From NCBI RefSeq assembly GCF_964355755.1, contig NC_092675.1:19006912-19070911 (forward strand): 64,000 nucleotides of DNA. Reading direction: 5' to 3'. The translations under genes and the position numbers were made by a program. Source of the DNA: Antedon mediterranea. Taxonomy: Eukaryota; Animalia; Echinodermata. The notes below the pieces were generated by a model. That model saw only the letters and a list, made by a program, of their open reading frames with translations, made no database searches and was not told the origin of the DNA. Positions 1-14,000 of the stretch are shown here, piece after piece (position 1 is the first letter of the stretch; each line of letters begins with the position of its first letter).

Positions 1-3000
1 AGACCTGAAAAGGCTTCATCTCACACAGCTGATTACAATGGCATCAACTGGGATCGCTATTTTTTATCAAAGACAACAGTGATGCTGGTTATAAGACCAC
101 CATAACAAATCAGAATCTGTAGTTATTTAATAATTTAGATTCCTCTTTGTTTCTTTTAAATATCATTTTGCCTTATCATTAAATTTTATTATAATAATCT
201 CATATGTTTATATAACATTAATAATCAAATATATTGTCATATCAACTGTGATTTGTATTAAATTTATATATGGAATTTTTTATTTTGAATTTTAAATTAT
301 ATAATAGTAACAATGAATGTTTTATTATTCATCTTTTTTAAATATTATACCAAATAATATATTCAAGTCATTCTGTAAAAAAATATTATTTTATTATTTA
401 AAACTATGCTACAATACATAATAGTAACATTATTATTATCATGTTTTTATATAATAATAACAAATTGATATCTAATCATAAATCAGTATTTCCTATATTT
501 TCATTAATTAATAATTAGTAGTGTTATAATCTAATATTTGCTGAAGTTCTTAAATGAATCTTGTTTTGAAATGATTAAAAATGAAATAAAAACTTACATT
601 GAATGTAGGCCTACATAAATGTTGATGTATTTTCTAAGGTAAAGGCGAACGTATATAAACATTAAAAAGCAAATAAACTACTACAAAATTTAAGATCTAA
701 ATCTTTGAATGTATTAGCGTAAAAAATCACTTTCAACTTCGCTACACATTCAAACCTAACTGGGTTTGACCTATTAACACCTAGATGTTCTGATAATAGA
801 AATAAGGATATAGTCCTCTTTTATTTAGCCTTTTAGCTATTATACATTTGGCCTTATCATTAAATAATTATTTTATTATAATAAAAGCTAGTTATGTAAT
901 CCAAATTGTATAACAAAATATATTGTCATATCAACTTTGATTTGTTTAAAATTTTATATATGGAATTTTTAATTTTGTATTTTGAATTATATAATAGTAA
1001 CAATGACTGTTTTATTATTAATCATTTTTAAATATTATACCTAATAATATATTCAAGTCATTCAGTAAAAAAATATTTTTTTATTTAAAACTATGCTACA
1101 ATACATAATAGTAACATTATCATTATTGCTTTTTAATTAATAAAATCAAATTGATACCTAATCATAAATCAGTATTTCCTATATTTTAATTAATGATATT
1201 CTAATTAATTATATTCTAGTAGTTTTAGGAGTATTTTCAATGCTGAAGTTTTTAAATTGAATCTTGTTTTGAATTGATTAAAAATTAAATAAAAACTTAC
1301 AATTAATGTAGGCCTACATGTTATATATCTTATTATATTGGTTTTGATCTAAGAAATTAGTGACATTAGCAAACACAAGTTGAATGCTTATTTATTTTCC
1401 ACGGTAAAAGTGAAAGTATTAAACATTAAAAAGCAAATAAACTACTACAAAATTTAGGAAAAACTCCAACTTTTTATGTAAAAAATCACTTTCAGCAAAA
1501 ACAAAACTTTGATCAATTGTTTTTGTATGAATTTTAATTTATGAATCTGCTTGATACTTTGATGTTTGTATGTTAGTTATACACATTGTTGTTACTGCAC
1601 ATATATGGGGTATCAAAATGACCGTAATGGTACCGGTTTTTTAAATCATCCGAGTATGGGATGTGATTAAAGAGGGGTGGAGGTTGGTGAGTACAGGGAG
1701 ATACTGGCGTCCGGGGGTTATGAGACGTATCAAATTAGTCGGAATTGTACTAAGGCAGGTATAATAAAAGTGCATACCAATTGAAAAGTAGTATATAAGT
1801 TATTGATTTACCATTCACGCCAATTATGTATCTTGAAAAATTGTGATACACCATTATGATTCTTGACTTGAAAGCAGTGTTAGATATTGTTGCTTGAGAG
1901 ATGTCCAGCTACATTTTGCAGTGATTTTATACAGTGTACTTCTGTCATAGTTACGTACAATATTTGATGTTTTGCAGAATTATACTAGCTGTTTAAATAA
2001 CTGTTGTTCTGTATTAATGAACAGTCTTCTAAAAGAGATTAAAAAATGTAATTCTGTATGGAACAATAATTATTTAATTTCAATCAATCATAAACATTTT
2101 TATCCAAAATAAAAGAAAAACATATACAAATACAATACAATGATGGAATGGAATGGGATACAAAATAAGCAATTTGTTGAACAATATCATCACCATATAA
2201 TATAATAAAAGAAAATATTGGAATATTGAATTATTTTTTTTAATGCTGCCACATTGTCACAAGGAAATGGAATAAACTATGCTTGGACAAAAACTAGAGA
2301 CAAATCAATTATGGCCTCTGTACACTTCAAATGACATAAGTTACTTCACAAAAAGAGTTTTCCATGGCCGTACAATTGTCAAAACAAATTAGCATTTGAA
2401 ACAAAAAAAATTAGACTACTACAGTTATATTATTATATAGTAAGTTGAGAAATTATTATAACTTACTTGGAAATATTTCAGGATAAACCAGCTGGTTAGG
2501 ACACAATGGAAGACACCCACAATGAACAGCTTCAAGCCTAAAAGAACAATATCAAATTTAATTTATAAATTTTAAAATTGAGAATGTAAGAAACTCACAC
2601 ATTTGTCTTTACAATACAAAAAGCAAATTTACCTAGAAATATGCTATTGCTATTATTAGATTTAATTTCTTTATTGGTAACTTATTTTTTTTTACAGTAT
2701 CTGAATCTCAATTCATAATTGTAAAAATTAATACACTAAAAAAATAACATTTATGGCAAATAAATAGTTATGTAACATTAGAAGTTGATCAAGACAAAAC
2801 CACATTTATGCATAACTAAAATAAAGACATCCAAGAGTTAGACACATCTTTTCTTATTTAATTACAAATGTACTTAATATGATCAGAGACACAGACTGGT
2901 TGATTTAATTTTAGTGTGGATGGAAAACTTTTTGTTTTATGTTGATATAAAGTTTACGGTACACCACGTATATTAGTTCTGAAAAGAACTGTTAAATTTT

Positions 3001-5005
3001 TAAATATTATCGTCGGACCAAAGTGTTTAATCTCATTCACGAGCAAATTAGCTAAACAAATTAAAAAGACCCAACAAAAGCAAATTTTATCTTGAGTGTT
3101 TACAAACAGCAAATTACAAAAGTGTTTCATCTCATTCACGAATCAATTAAGTGAACAAATCTAAACCAACTTATACAATAATCAAATATTATTCAGTAAA
3201 ATTAATTTGCAACATTCAGATTACATAATAAACCTTTTAGTTGAACAGGTTTGGTTAGAAAACATCTGAGTTGTTTCCCAACCAATTTCCATAAAAGAGA
3301 TGAGTTCCACCATTGCATTGTCAGATAGATTCATCGTTCAACTGAGGTGTAGAAAACATTGAACATACAGGTTGTAAGTATTACATTTCTACTTGTATAT
3401 TAATTTAGCCTACTGACAACTTAAATTCTAAAATTAGAGAGACAAATTCAGAATGCGAAAGATACGCTTGTGGAATCTTTTGTGTCACTTTCTAAAGCTT
3501 AAGATTGGTTGAAATCAGTATTTTCTTGAAAAGATATATGGATTGGAAAAATAACAATGCTCTTGTATGTATGTAGTCGCATCGTGCCTGTCATTGTAAT
3601 TAATACTCACTTCGGCTCAAATCTCAACTACTTTAAAAGTCTTATTTCAAAAATATTAGTTTGATTTTAATTCACTGCTGTTATTATTATATTTTTTTTA
3701 TTTATACTTTTTTATCCTTTTTATTGTGATTTTCATCACATTATTACTAAAAAAAACATTGTCATTAAATTCATTGTCTTTTTTATTTATTTTGATTTTT
3801 GTTTGAAAATACAGACTGGAGAAATCGATTTGCAGACCGCAAACATCCAATAAGAATTACATTGTTTTCATACCGTATTTGGCAATATGGGGCGGGCGGT
3901 ATGTAAATATGGATTTCGAATCAACCAATGATCATTTGGTTTCAAAAAGATCGAGTACGTACAGTACTACTAATAAAAGTATAATCGAGACTGAAATAAC
4001 TGTTGAAATATTATTGTATCGTTTTGCCAAGTGTGGGTGGGTGGAAATTTATCAAATTATTTCCGCATAATAATGATCCATTCAATGTTTGATTTGCGAA
4101 GAAGCTATCCTATCATATCAAGTCGAGTTTTCATGTGGGAAAAATCCCATCAAATGTTTACCAGACTACTAGGCATATACAATTATTTCTAGCCTTCAGA
4201 AACGTTCATCATCACATCATCACCGCTTCGCGATACTGTACCCAAGTACACACGTGTGTCTCCACATCGGCTAACATATCATAGCGTATGTGCATCATCT
4301 TAGTTGTTGAATCTTTGAAATTCTAAAATATGAATATTAAAACTGTGTACGAGTAAGTAGTCAATCGCATGCGGCTGAAACTAGTCAACCGCATAATCGT
4401 ATGCACCAAGAATCCTTGGTGTCAAACCACATGACTTGCACGTGTTTGCCCAGACGGAGTATTCAAACTCAAGTAGTATACGTATGAAACGCCATATGTG
4501 CAAACATATTTATATTTTTACTAATATTAAAGACAAAACTCTCCAAATATGCCTAACTACTTCTAAAAATTATAATTAATAGTGTGCTCAGCATTCAAAT
4601 TATGGCTTTTGTCTCTCCTCAGTGCTCCACTTTCACGTTTTATGTTATGTTTGTATTGTCTTTACTGAAAGAAATAAAATAAATAATAAACTAACAAACA
4701 AATAAGGATTGCTTTAACATTTGTTGTTTGCTCTTCTGTTGTCAGTTTTATTGTGACAGGAAGCTTTAAAGTCTGATTCAGAATGGATTGCAGAATGTTA
4801 TTAATTGGCTATATGTTGGTTGTGATGGCTGCTGCCTGTTGCCCGAAAGATGATTGTGAATGCCCTTCAAGAAGTAAGTAGTAGTATTCTAAACAGCTGT
4901 AAAGAGAAATGTGTCATCTATTGAACAATGTTAACCAATTCAATTTCTAAATTTTACATTTTTAAATAAAAAATGTTTAAAGCACTGCAATGGATTTTTG
5001 TAAAA

Positions 5006-8000
5006 TAGTCCGGTGGCAGGAGGGGGGGATATCACCACCCGAAAGGGGACAAATTGCCATCCAACTTTTCTAGACCAGAATTTTCCGTAGATTACGTATA
5101 TGGAAGGTAATCGATCAGGATAGGAAGCGTTTTCGAGATATAAGGGGTCAAAGTTCAAAATTGACCAATATAAAAACATGCTATATCTCTGGAAATTCTG
5201 GACGTAGTGAGATAATTTTGGTGTCAAATTGTTCACAATGTATATGTTTATATTAGCTCTAATAGAACTTTCTTTGAAAAATTGACCGGAAACCCCATTG
5301 TTAGCAATTTTGACCTCTTTTTGCTATATCTAAGTAACGGCAGGTCGGAGAGAATTAAAAATAGGAGCAAATTGTTCCCAAGATATACATTTATATTCAG
5401 TATAACAGATGATATTGCTTGAAAATGACCGGAAGTGTGGTTATTAACCTTTGACATAATTGAATAAGGTTATAAAAACATAAATTGATAAATATTTGTC
5501 GTAAGGAGCCAATTTTGGTGTCAAATTGTTCACAATATATATGTTTATACTTCAAAAAGTGACTGAAACACCTATTTTTCTGTAATTTTAACCTTTGACC
5601 TGTTGTTCTCATCTATATAATGACATGGCATAGAGATTTCTAACGGCAAATTGTTTATAATAGATATTTTTATTCAATCTAATAGATTATACTGTTTGAA
5701 AAATACAAGTGTGATTATTGCATTGAAATCCTGTACATAAGAGCCTATCAGGGCGGATTTAATTCAAAGAGGTGCGGAAGGGGAATAATACTATTACTAT
5801 ACAGTACAATGTCTTTCTTTTGAGCAATTTCAATCAGGTATCCATGTATCTCCAATAAACGGAATGTACGGCTCATAGAGAATTCAGAAGTTACCCTTGG
5901 TTCATTTTGGCAAATCCATATGGGTTCCTTTTAAAGGGATTGAGGGTGCACAGACAGGCTTTTCCCATGGCTTAATATTGGAACCTACAGTTTTAGTTAC
6001 CCGATATATTTCTAACACAGTAACTTATGTAGCCAAATGCATTTATCCGATACAGGAGCCAAATGTAGAACTGAACATACAGTAGAGAACCACCGAAGGG
6101 TCTAAATAGATGACCTGCTGTTGTTTCATTTTAGGCAAAATCCAAATCGGTTCCTTAAGGATCGAGAGTGCACAGGCAGCTTTATTCTATGTGCCTGTCT
6201 ATATAAACCCACATTGTCACCCCTTATATTTCCATTATGAGGCTTAATGTCCATGGATGACCGGCCCTTGGGTTAATTTGGGCAAATCCATAAGTGTTCC
6301 TTAAGGATCGAGAGTGTAAGGCAGCTTTATTCCATGGGCCCCGCCTGTCTATTATGAACCCACAGTGTCACCCGTTATATTCCCATTATGGGGCTTAATG
6401 TCCATCCATGGAGGACCGGCCTTTGCGGGTTAATTTGGGCAAATCCATAAGTGTTCCTTAAGGATCGAGAGTTCACAGGCAGCTTTATTCCATGTGCCTG
6501 TCTATATAAACCCACAGTGTCACCCATTATATTTCCATTATGGGGCTTAATGTCCATACATGGAGGACCGGCCCTTGGGTTAATTTGGGCAAATCCATAA
6601 GTGTTCTTTAAGGATCGAGAGTGCACAGGCAGCTTTATTCCATGGTTCTGCCTGTCTATATAAACCCACAGTGTCACCCATTATATTTCCATTATGGGAC
6701 TTAATGTCCATGGAGGACCGGCCCTTGGGTTAATTTGGGCAAATCCATAAATTTTTCTTAAGGATCGAGAGTGCACAGGCAGTTTAATTCATGGGCCACG
6801 CCTGTCTATATGAACTCACAGTGTCACCCCTTATATTTCCATTATGGAGCTTAATGTCCATCCATGGAGAACGACCGGCCCTTGGGTTAATTTGGGCAAA
6901 TCCATAAAATGTTCCTTATGGATGATCGAGGGTGCACAGGGATATTTATTATATCTCTATGAACCCACATTTTCACCCCACATACATTATTTCCAATATA
7001 GGGTCTCTTGTAGACCCACATAGAGAACCCCGAAAGGTCCATGAAGGATCGGCCCTTGGGTTCATTTGGGCAAATCCATAAATGTTATTTAAAGATTGAG
7101 GGTGCACATTTAGTTTTATTCCATAGTTCATCTATGAACTATTTACCCCATACTAATTTCTAATACATGGCCTTTAGTAGAAGCACACCACATAGAGATC
7201 CCAAAAGGGTCCTTAGTAGAGGGTTCATTCGGGCAAATCCATATGGGTTATTTTAGAATCCTTTGTATACAGGAAACTCTTTTCTGTATGGACCAAACTA
7301 TATAAAAATTGTGGTCTGTCTGTGTAGTGAGTTGTGGATTGAGTTTGGCCACCTGGATCTCCTATCCTGTACGAATTGGTATTCTCTGGTTCTGATGAAT
7401 AGTTTATTTTCCAAAAACGAATATTGTAGCCCTAATAAATGCAACTGTATAGTGGCAAATCATTGAAGGTCGGCGCAACATTTTAACATCATAACTAAAC
7501 ATTTTAATCGTCATAATATTAATTATATTATTTATTTTACAGTATTATATTAATAAATTCAAAATATAATATAAATATAAAAATACCATAACTTCACTGA
7601 TCAAATAACGTGATTACATTTATGAACATCGATCTCATAGTTTGAATAACTTTGCATTATTTAGTATATCATTTGTTCAAATGTTGACATTTGACCCATG
7701 TCAACTTGTGTAATGATAAATGTGCTCTTTTGATTGTGTATGATTGATAGATGTCTTGACAGAATGATAAAACATAACATTTTGTCTTAAATGTTAGTTT
7801 TTCTTTGGTTTTAAATGCAAATTGTGTGATTGGTCAATATTGACATTTGACCTTTAATTGCAAAGTATTTGTTTTATAAGGCGACTGAATAACACCATAC
7901 AATACCTATAACCATACAAATGTATTAAAAGACCAAATTGAACTTTAATAAATTGGTTATAATACATATGTATATAATACATTGTTGTAATTGGTCAATT

Positions 8001-8639
8001 TTGAACTTTGACCCCTTATCTCTTCCTATTCGCTTCCTATCCTGATCGAAGTCTGATTTGATTAAATACAGTATTATAATGAAATAACATAACATTACTA
8101 ATCAAATAATTTGATTACTTGTAAAACCATCAATATCATAGTTTGGACAGCTTTGCATTTATTTGTTAACTAATACGCGTATTAAAATGTTGACCTTTGA
8201 CCTTATGTCAAGTGATGAAATTGACCTTATGTCAACTGATGAAATGATGTATCCGCTCTTTTACATTGCGTATGATTGATTAACAGGATGAGAAAACATC
8301 CAATTTTTATTAAATATTAGTTTTTATTTGGTTTTATAGGTACGTTCTATGATTGGTCAATATTGACATTTGACCCTTAATCACAAAGGATTTTTTTTTT
8401 CATAAGGTGATTGAATAGACACTTATAATCATAAAAATGTAATAAAAGACCAAATTGTGCTTCAATAAATTTGTTATAATACATATACATAATACATTGT
8501 TGTAATTGGTCAATTTTGAACTTTGACCCTTATATCTCGAAAACGCTTCCTATCCTGATCGAGTACCTTCCATATTCGTAATCTAATCTAAAATTCTAGT
8601 CTAGAAAAGTTGGATGGCAATTTGTCCCCTTTCGGACTA
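5006..8639. mobile_element. Non-autonomous TIR DNA transposon with TAG...CTA termini (Academ-like)
   Basis: Starts TAGTCCG and ends CGGACTA. A ~135-bp inverted repeat (aaaggggacaaattgccatccaacttttctag...) sits at both ends, with a 3-bp TSD AAA. The empty site is in the paralogue at 40441-40460 (ttttgtaaaatgtatt). Confidence 0.85.
6100..7250. repeat. ~120-bp tandem repeat inside the transposon
   Basis: Recurrent gggttaatttgggcaaatccataagtgttccttaaggatcgagagtgcacaggcagc units, about 9-10 copies, diverging toward both ends. Confidence 0.9.
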
Positions 8640-8715
8640 AAATGTATTAAATGATGTATTAAACAATCAGAGAGGAAACAGAAAAGTACAATCCCAGAAT
8701 ACCAAACTATAGTAT

Positions 8716-9016
8716 ACAAATAATGAATGTTTATGAGTGCAATGGTACAAATAATGGCACGAGGTGAATGATGAAAGGTTATATCAACGAGGCAAAGCCG
8801 AGTTGATATAACCTTTCATCATTCACCAAGTGCCATTATTTGTACCATTACACGAATACAAAACATTCATTATTTGTTTTATATAACATCTAAATAACAA
8901 ACAAAAATGTTTCAAAAAGTACTATTTAACGATCGTTGAATAGTGCGTACTATTGCACGCCATGTGACCCACATTCGTCCAATCAAATGACAGGAATTTA
9001 TATAGGTGTTATATAA
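8716..9016. mobile_element. Short palindromic non-autonomous element (unclassified)
   Basis: Absent from the paralogue (40515-40530). Inverted arms of ~75 bp (8716-8788 / 8802-8877) surround gaggcaaagccga. A second inverted repeat is ttatataacatcta / taggtgttatataa. A related partial copy lies inverted at ~19770-19870. Confidence 0.75.
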
Positions 9017-10002
9017 TATTGTATATAATGCAAGTTACTTTTTATTTTCTAAATATAGTATATAATGCAAATATTTTTTATTTTATATATTTAGAGAAGT
9101 GTTTTTTAAGGGACTGTGGTGAAATTTTGGAAAATGATCCTTCTGCTCCAAGTGGTGATTATTTAATACAGCCAAATGATGGAACCTGAGTTTAGGGTCT
9201 ACTGTGACATGAGGAAAGATGGTGGATGGACAGTAAGTAAAAGTGATGATAAATTAAATGCAGAGATTTTTTTTCTTCCATTATACTTAACTATTAAATT
9301 TCAGTTTTGATAAATTTCACAAGATAAATTTTCCACAATTTACGACCCAAAAAATAAATAATTTGGTTTGTAAATATAATCGGTCACTCATTTTTTTAGT
9401 TTGAACTACAGTATGTGGTACTTAGATTTTTGTCTTTTTATAGTTCAGCTGTTGTGTAAAGTTTCTTTGTAACCCCAGGTGATACAACGAAGAGAGGATG
9501 GTTCGGAAAATTTCTACCTCAATTGGGAAAACTACAGAGAGGGTTTTGGAAAAGTGTACTCAGAGTTCTGGCTTGGCAATGAACAGATACACCGTATAAC
9601 ATCTGATGGTAGTTTTGAGCTCTTAGTAGAGATGACTGACCACTTGGATGAAATGAAGTTTGAAAGATATTCTCACTTTCGTGTTGGTAGTGAGATGTCC
9701 AACTATCTTATGAGAATCAGTGGATACAAAGGAACTGCAGGTTAGTATATATTCAATCAATTTTTACACTAAAAACACATTTAAAGTATACAAAAAATTA
9801 ACCTTTTTTTGTAGGCCTTATAGACCCTTTGTACCTTGTAGCAAAATGAATCAATGAATACGCACATACTGTAGGATTTTATTTTAATATCGCATTTAAA
9901 GGATAATAATAATAATGTTAGAATTACAACTGCTTAAAACACAGTTGAATGATAAGGACATTGACTGCTGGGACAGAATTTGAAACATGTATTGTACCCA
10001 AG

Positions 10003-11044
10003 CAGCGGTGGTGCCAGGATCTAAAGTGAAATTTAGAGGAGGCAACTTTTTTCATGGTACATGTAAAAAAATACTGTGTGTAAATCCATTCTTTCACTTT
10101 TAAAAATTAAGTGACCTTTAAAGTTCTTTATTGTAGTTATGTAATAAAATATAAATAGCGAAAGAGCTTATTTATTATCCTATAGAAAATGGAATTCAAA
10201 ATCTGGTACAAAACCAACAAACGACTTACATGTTCAGTTTTTTTTTTAAACACATTTCACGAGGTCTGATGGCATGCGTGACTAGACTGGCGGAATAAAC
10301 TAATTAATATTGAAGCTACAAACCCTATACGAAATGAACACAAATGATTTTAATTGTATCATGTGTGTGACCTCTACTAAACACAAAACGGAACGAAATG
10401 GAATCAAACAAGACCAAACGATGCTCAGAATAATATTACAAATACCCACCAAAAAAAGGGTAGATACTCATTATTAAAACCAAACTTTTAGCAAAAAACA
10501 ATAAATTTCAATAAATATATTAATTAATATTAAATTCTATGAAGCATAAAAATAGGTTAATTATTTTATTTGACTATAGATATATATATATATATATACA
10601 ATTTCAGACTTTAAAGCCCAACTCATCAAACATTTGATCTCAAAATATTAAGTTGTACTGTAATTGTTTATATTGTTTATTCAATGCAGCTTATTTTTAA
10701 TTGGTGTATCTCATTATAACTTTGTTTTGTTTTGTTTTATTTTGACTTAATTTGTGCTACTTAGTTTGTTATTTTTGTATTTTATAAGTAATGATGGAGT
10801 AAGAGCAGTTTTCTGTTTGGGCTCATGCCTATTTGTAACATTCTGAGCCTTGTTTGGTCTTGTTTGTTTCCGTTTGTTTTCATTTGATTCTGATTGGTGT
10901 TTAGTAGGACCCTATGTGACAGCATGTTCATGGAGTCTTGGTAAACTTTTTCTTAACTGTATATTATATTCCCTGACAAAAAGTACTCGCATTCTCTGAT
11001 GGGGGAGCTAGGCTTCCCAACGTAGTCCCCCACCTGGCACCACC
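10003..11044. mobile_element. hAT-like non-autonomous element with nested MITE and LINE 3' fragment
   Basis: Begins CAGCGGTGGTGCCAGG and ends CCTGGCACCAC. The empty site is in the type-B intron (tgtacccaaggttccttaat, 30531-30550). It contains an IR-bounded unit at ~10373-10910 and a piece at 10598-10830 nearly identical to 16928-17150. Confidence 0.6.
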
Positions 11045-14000
11045 AAGGTTGCTTAATTTTAGGGTACTATAGCATAGCATGCAAAATAAATTTTAACACA
11101 TGTTAAAATGTAATAGTATTAAATTAAATTGGTAAATGTTCACTTGTTACTGTTTTCCTACCAATGAAACTCTTTAGCCAAGTTTGTCATGGTAGCTATG
11201 GGAACAGTCTTTTGTTTATTTATTTTTCTATTTGCAAATCATGTATTGTAAAAAATATCAAGTAAAAATACGGAAATTAAATTTGAGCAAAATATTTTGG
11301 AAATTATTTAGGTTACAAATAAAAGAAACTGATTTCAAATGAATACTGTAAATGGCGTTGTTTTCGGGTACAGAATTTTTCGTGAATAACTTGACGTTTT
11401 CGTCTGTTGATAATTTTATTCTAGGCCTGATGTAGCTTAAATTACGATATTTTTTGTATACAAAGGTCAATATTAAAGCGTAGATGACCGCTTTTCTTGA
11501 CAAGCCGCCACATTATAAACATCCGGTATCATAGCCAAGGCCAGCCCATACAGTAGGACTAAAAATAATGGCATTATTATGCAACATACTAAAGCTTAAA
11601 GAAATTGGACAAACATTAAAGAAAAGCTTCTAAAAACATCTGAAAAAATTAACAAAACAATTCTAATAATGATATTGACGTGAATCTCATGCAAAAATAA
11701 TTCTACGCCTTTGTGACACTGGCAGCCCCATGTTTTCACCAGTCATGTCATAATTAGACCACAATACTTAAAAGTTTAAACAACAAATACTAATCATTTG
11801 ATACTTTTTGATTATCCGCGTCTCACATATAATGTAAAGCCCAAAGGTGAATGCAAAGTACTCTCTAAACACTCTATAAAGTAAATTTTTGGATGGCCCT
11901 CCCACTTCGCAATTCCTTCTTATAGGCCTGAAACAAATCTAACTATATTAAAATGTTCAAATGCACTCACAGTACAACAACAACTTCTATTCTGTAATGC
12001 AACAACTCACAAGGTCAAAGGACATGCAATAGGTATAATTTTAAAATTATTATACTGCATTTACTGCAGTAAGTACATTTACTGATTTTAGTTTGTTTTA
12101 ATATAGTAGGTATTTATGAGGCAGTCGAGGCAACAGTATGTGTATGATTAATATCCAAACAAGCTTGCTAAATAATTGCACAAACAAGTTAAAGAGTGAA
12201 CAAAATATAATTACTGCAGTAACTACAGAATTATTTTATTGATATTTTGGAAAAAAAATGGGGGGGGGGGGTGTGCGGGATGAAACTCCTTGTACCTTAC
12301 AATAACATAGTCTACTCGCACATTAAAGTTATTTTGTTTTTGCATTCATCACCTATTCTAATTCAATAGGATTAGTCAGTGGTCCCTAAAAAGGAGCCAG
12401 TCATAAAAACTAAGGACCACTCTGATTTAAAAATAAATATAGATAAATCTGGTACATAAAATAGAGTTAAAGAAATTGAAACTTAAAAAATGTATATACT
12501 GTAGTACAGTTTCATATACAGTAACTTATGTTTTCTTCATAATTGAAATGCATTGCTTTTAAAGTATATTAACTCTATGACAAACAAAATATATAAAATA
12601 AAATTTTACAATAGACTATGATATAAGAATAGTTAATAACAAGTTCATTTTATATAATTGTGTTATGATTTAATTTATGGCATACAATTTTACAGATAAA
12701 TTTAAATCAATTATAAAATAAATAATGAAATATGGTTATATTGTATAATTATTATTTTCCCTTTTTATATCAAATATCTTGTATTTTATAATACCATGAA
12801 AACAATTTTTTTAAATGAATTTTAATTAGTAAGATTGATTAGTAAACTGAAGATGATCTAATATTTTGTTTGTTTAGGTGATAATTTGACATACCACAAT
12901 GGTCAACAATTTACAACGTATGATAGAGACAACGATAAGAGAAGCAGTAGTAACTTTGCTGAGCATTGGAAAGGTGGTTGGTGGTACAATGACTGTTATT
13001 ATTCAAACCTGAATGGGCTTTACATTTTAAGTCATATAATAATAGTAACAATGAACATGTGCTATTAATTCTTATTAAATATTATATCAAATAATATAGT
13101 CATATCAACTGTTGATTACAATAATTGATTGCATAAAATTATTAATTTTATTATTATTTAAATTTATTCAAAAGTAACATTGTTATTATTCCTTGTTTTT
13201 AATTAACAATAAAATAAAATTGATACCTAAATCAATAGATTTAGTATTTCTTATATTTTAATTATTGATAATTAGTTTACTCAAATTTTAGGAGTATTTT
13301 CAGTAGATATTTGCTGCAGTTTTTAAGTGATGTGTTGAATCTTGTTTTGAAATGATTAAAAATTAAATAAAAACTTACAATGAATGTAGGCCTACATATT
13401 ATATTTATTATATTGGTTTTGATCCAAGAAATTAGTGACATAAGCAAACACGTGACTTACCAGTGTTGATTCTTGACTTGAAAGCAGTGTTATAGATATT
13501 GCTGTTTGAGAGATGTCCAGCTACATTTTGCAGTGATTTCATTCAGTTTACTTCTGTCATAGTTACGTACAATATTTGGTGTTCTGCATAATCGTTGTAG
13601 ATGTTTAAATAACTGTTGTTCTGCATGGTATAAACAGTATTCTAAAAGAGATTGTAAGAGGTAATTCGATATAGGACAATAATCATTTATTTTCAATCAA
13701 TCAATCATAAACATTTTTATTCCTAAACAAAAAAAAAAACATATATACAAATACAATAAATGAAGGAATGGGATACGAAAGTGCTGTAAACATGTAACCC
13801 TAACAAAATTAAACAAACATTGTTTAAATTTATTAAACAATATCATCACCATATAATATAATAAAATAGAAAGGTGAATTACTTATTGTAGTATTCAAAT
13901 CGACCTTTTCTTTTTTCAATTTTTTTTTCTGTATACACTTCCCCATAAAAAACATTAATTAATTTAAATTAAATTGAGTGCAGACAGAAAAGTCGTACAT

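Larger units (their letters stand above)
1..10130 (+). repeat. Segmental duplication copy 1 (paralogous to 33585-41690)
   Basis: Position 1 (agacctgaaaaggcttcatctcacac) matches 33585 onward. The two blocks stay collinear through the FReD type-A exons to ~10130 / ~41690, apart from copy-specific insertions. Confidence 0.95.
4783..13068 (+). pseudogene. Fibrinogen C-terminal domain (FReD; ficolin/tachylectin-like) gene, type A copy 1, frameshifted
   Basis: Exons 4783-4873 (MDCRMLLIGYMLVVMAAACCPKDDCECPSR, signal peptide), 9095-9232 (RDC..ILEN..PSGDYLIQP..VYCDM..DGGWT), 9479-9740 ([23 protein letters not shown]) and 12878-~13025 ([37 protein letters not shown]), all GT-AG. A 2-nt deletion relative to copy 2 gives TGA at 9187-9189. 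The last exon has a Cys>Phe change and lacks the C-terminal ~35 codons. Confidence 0.88.
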
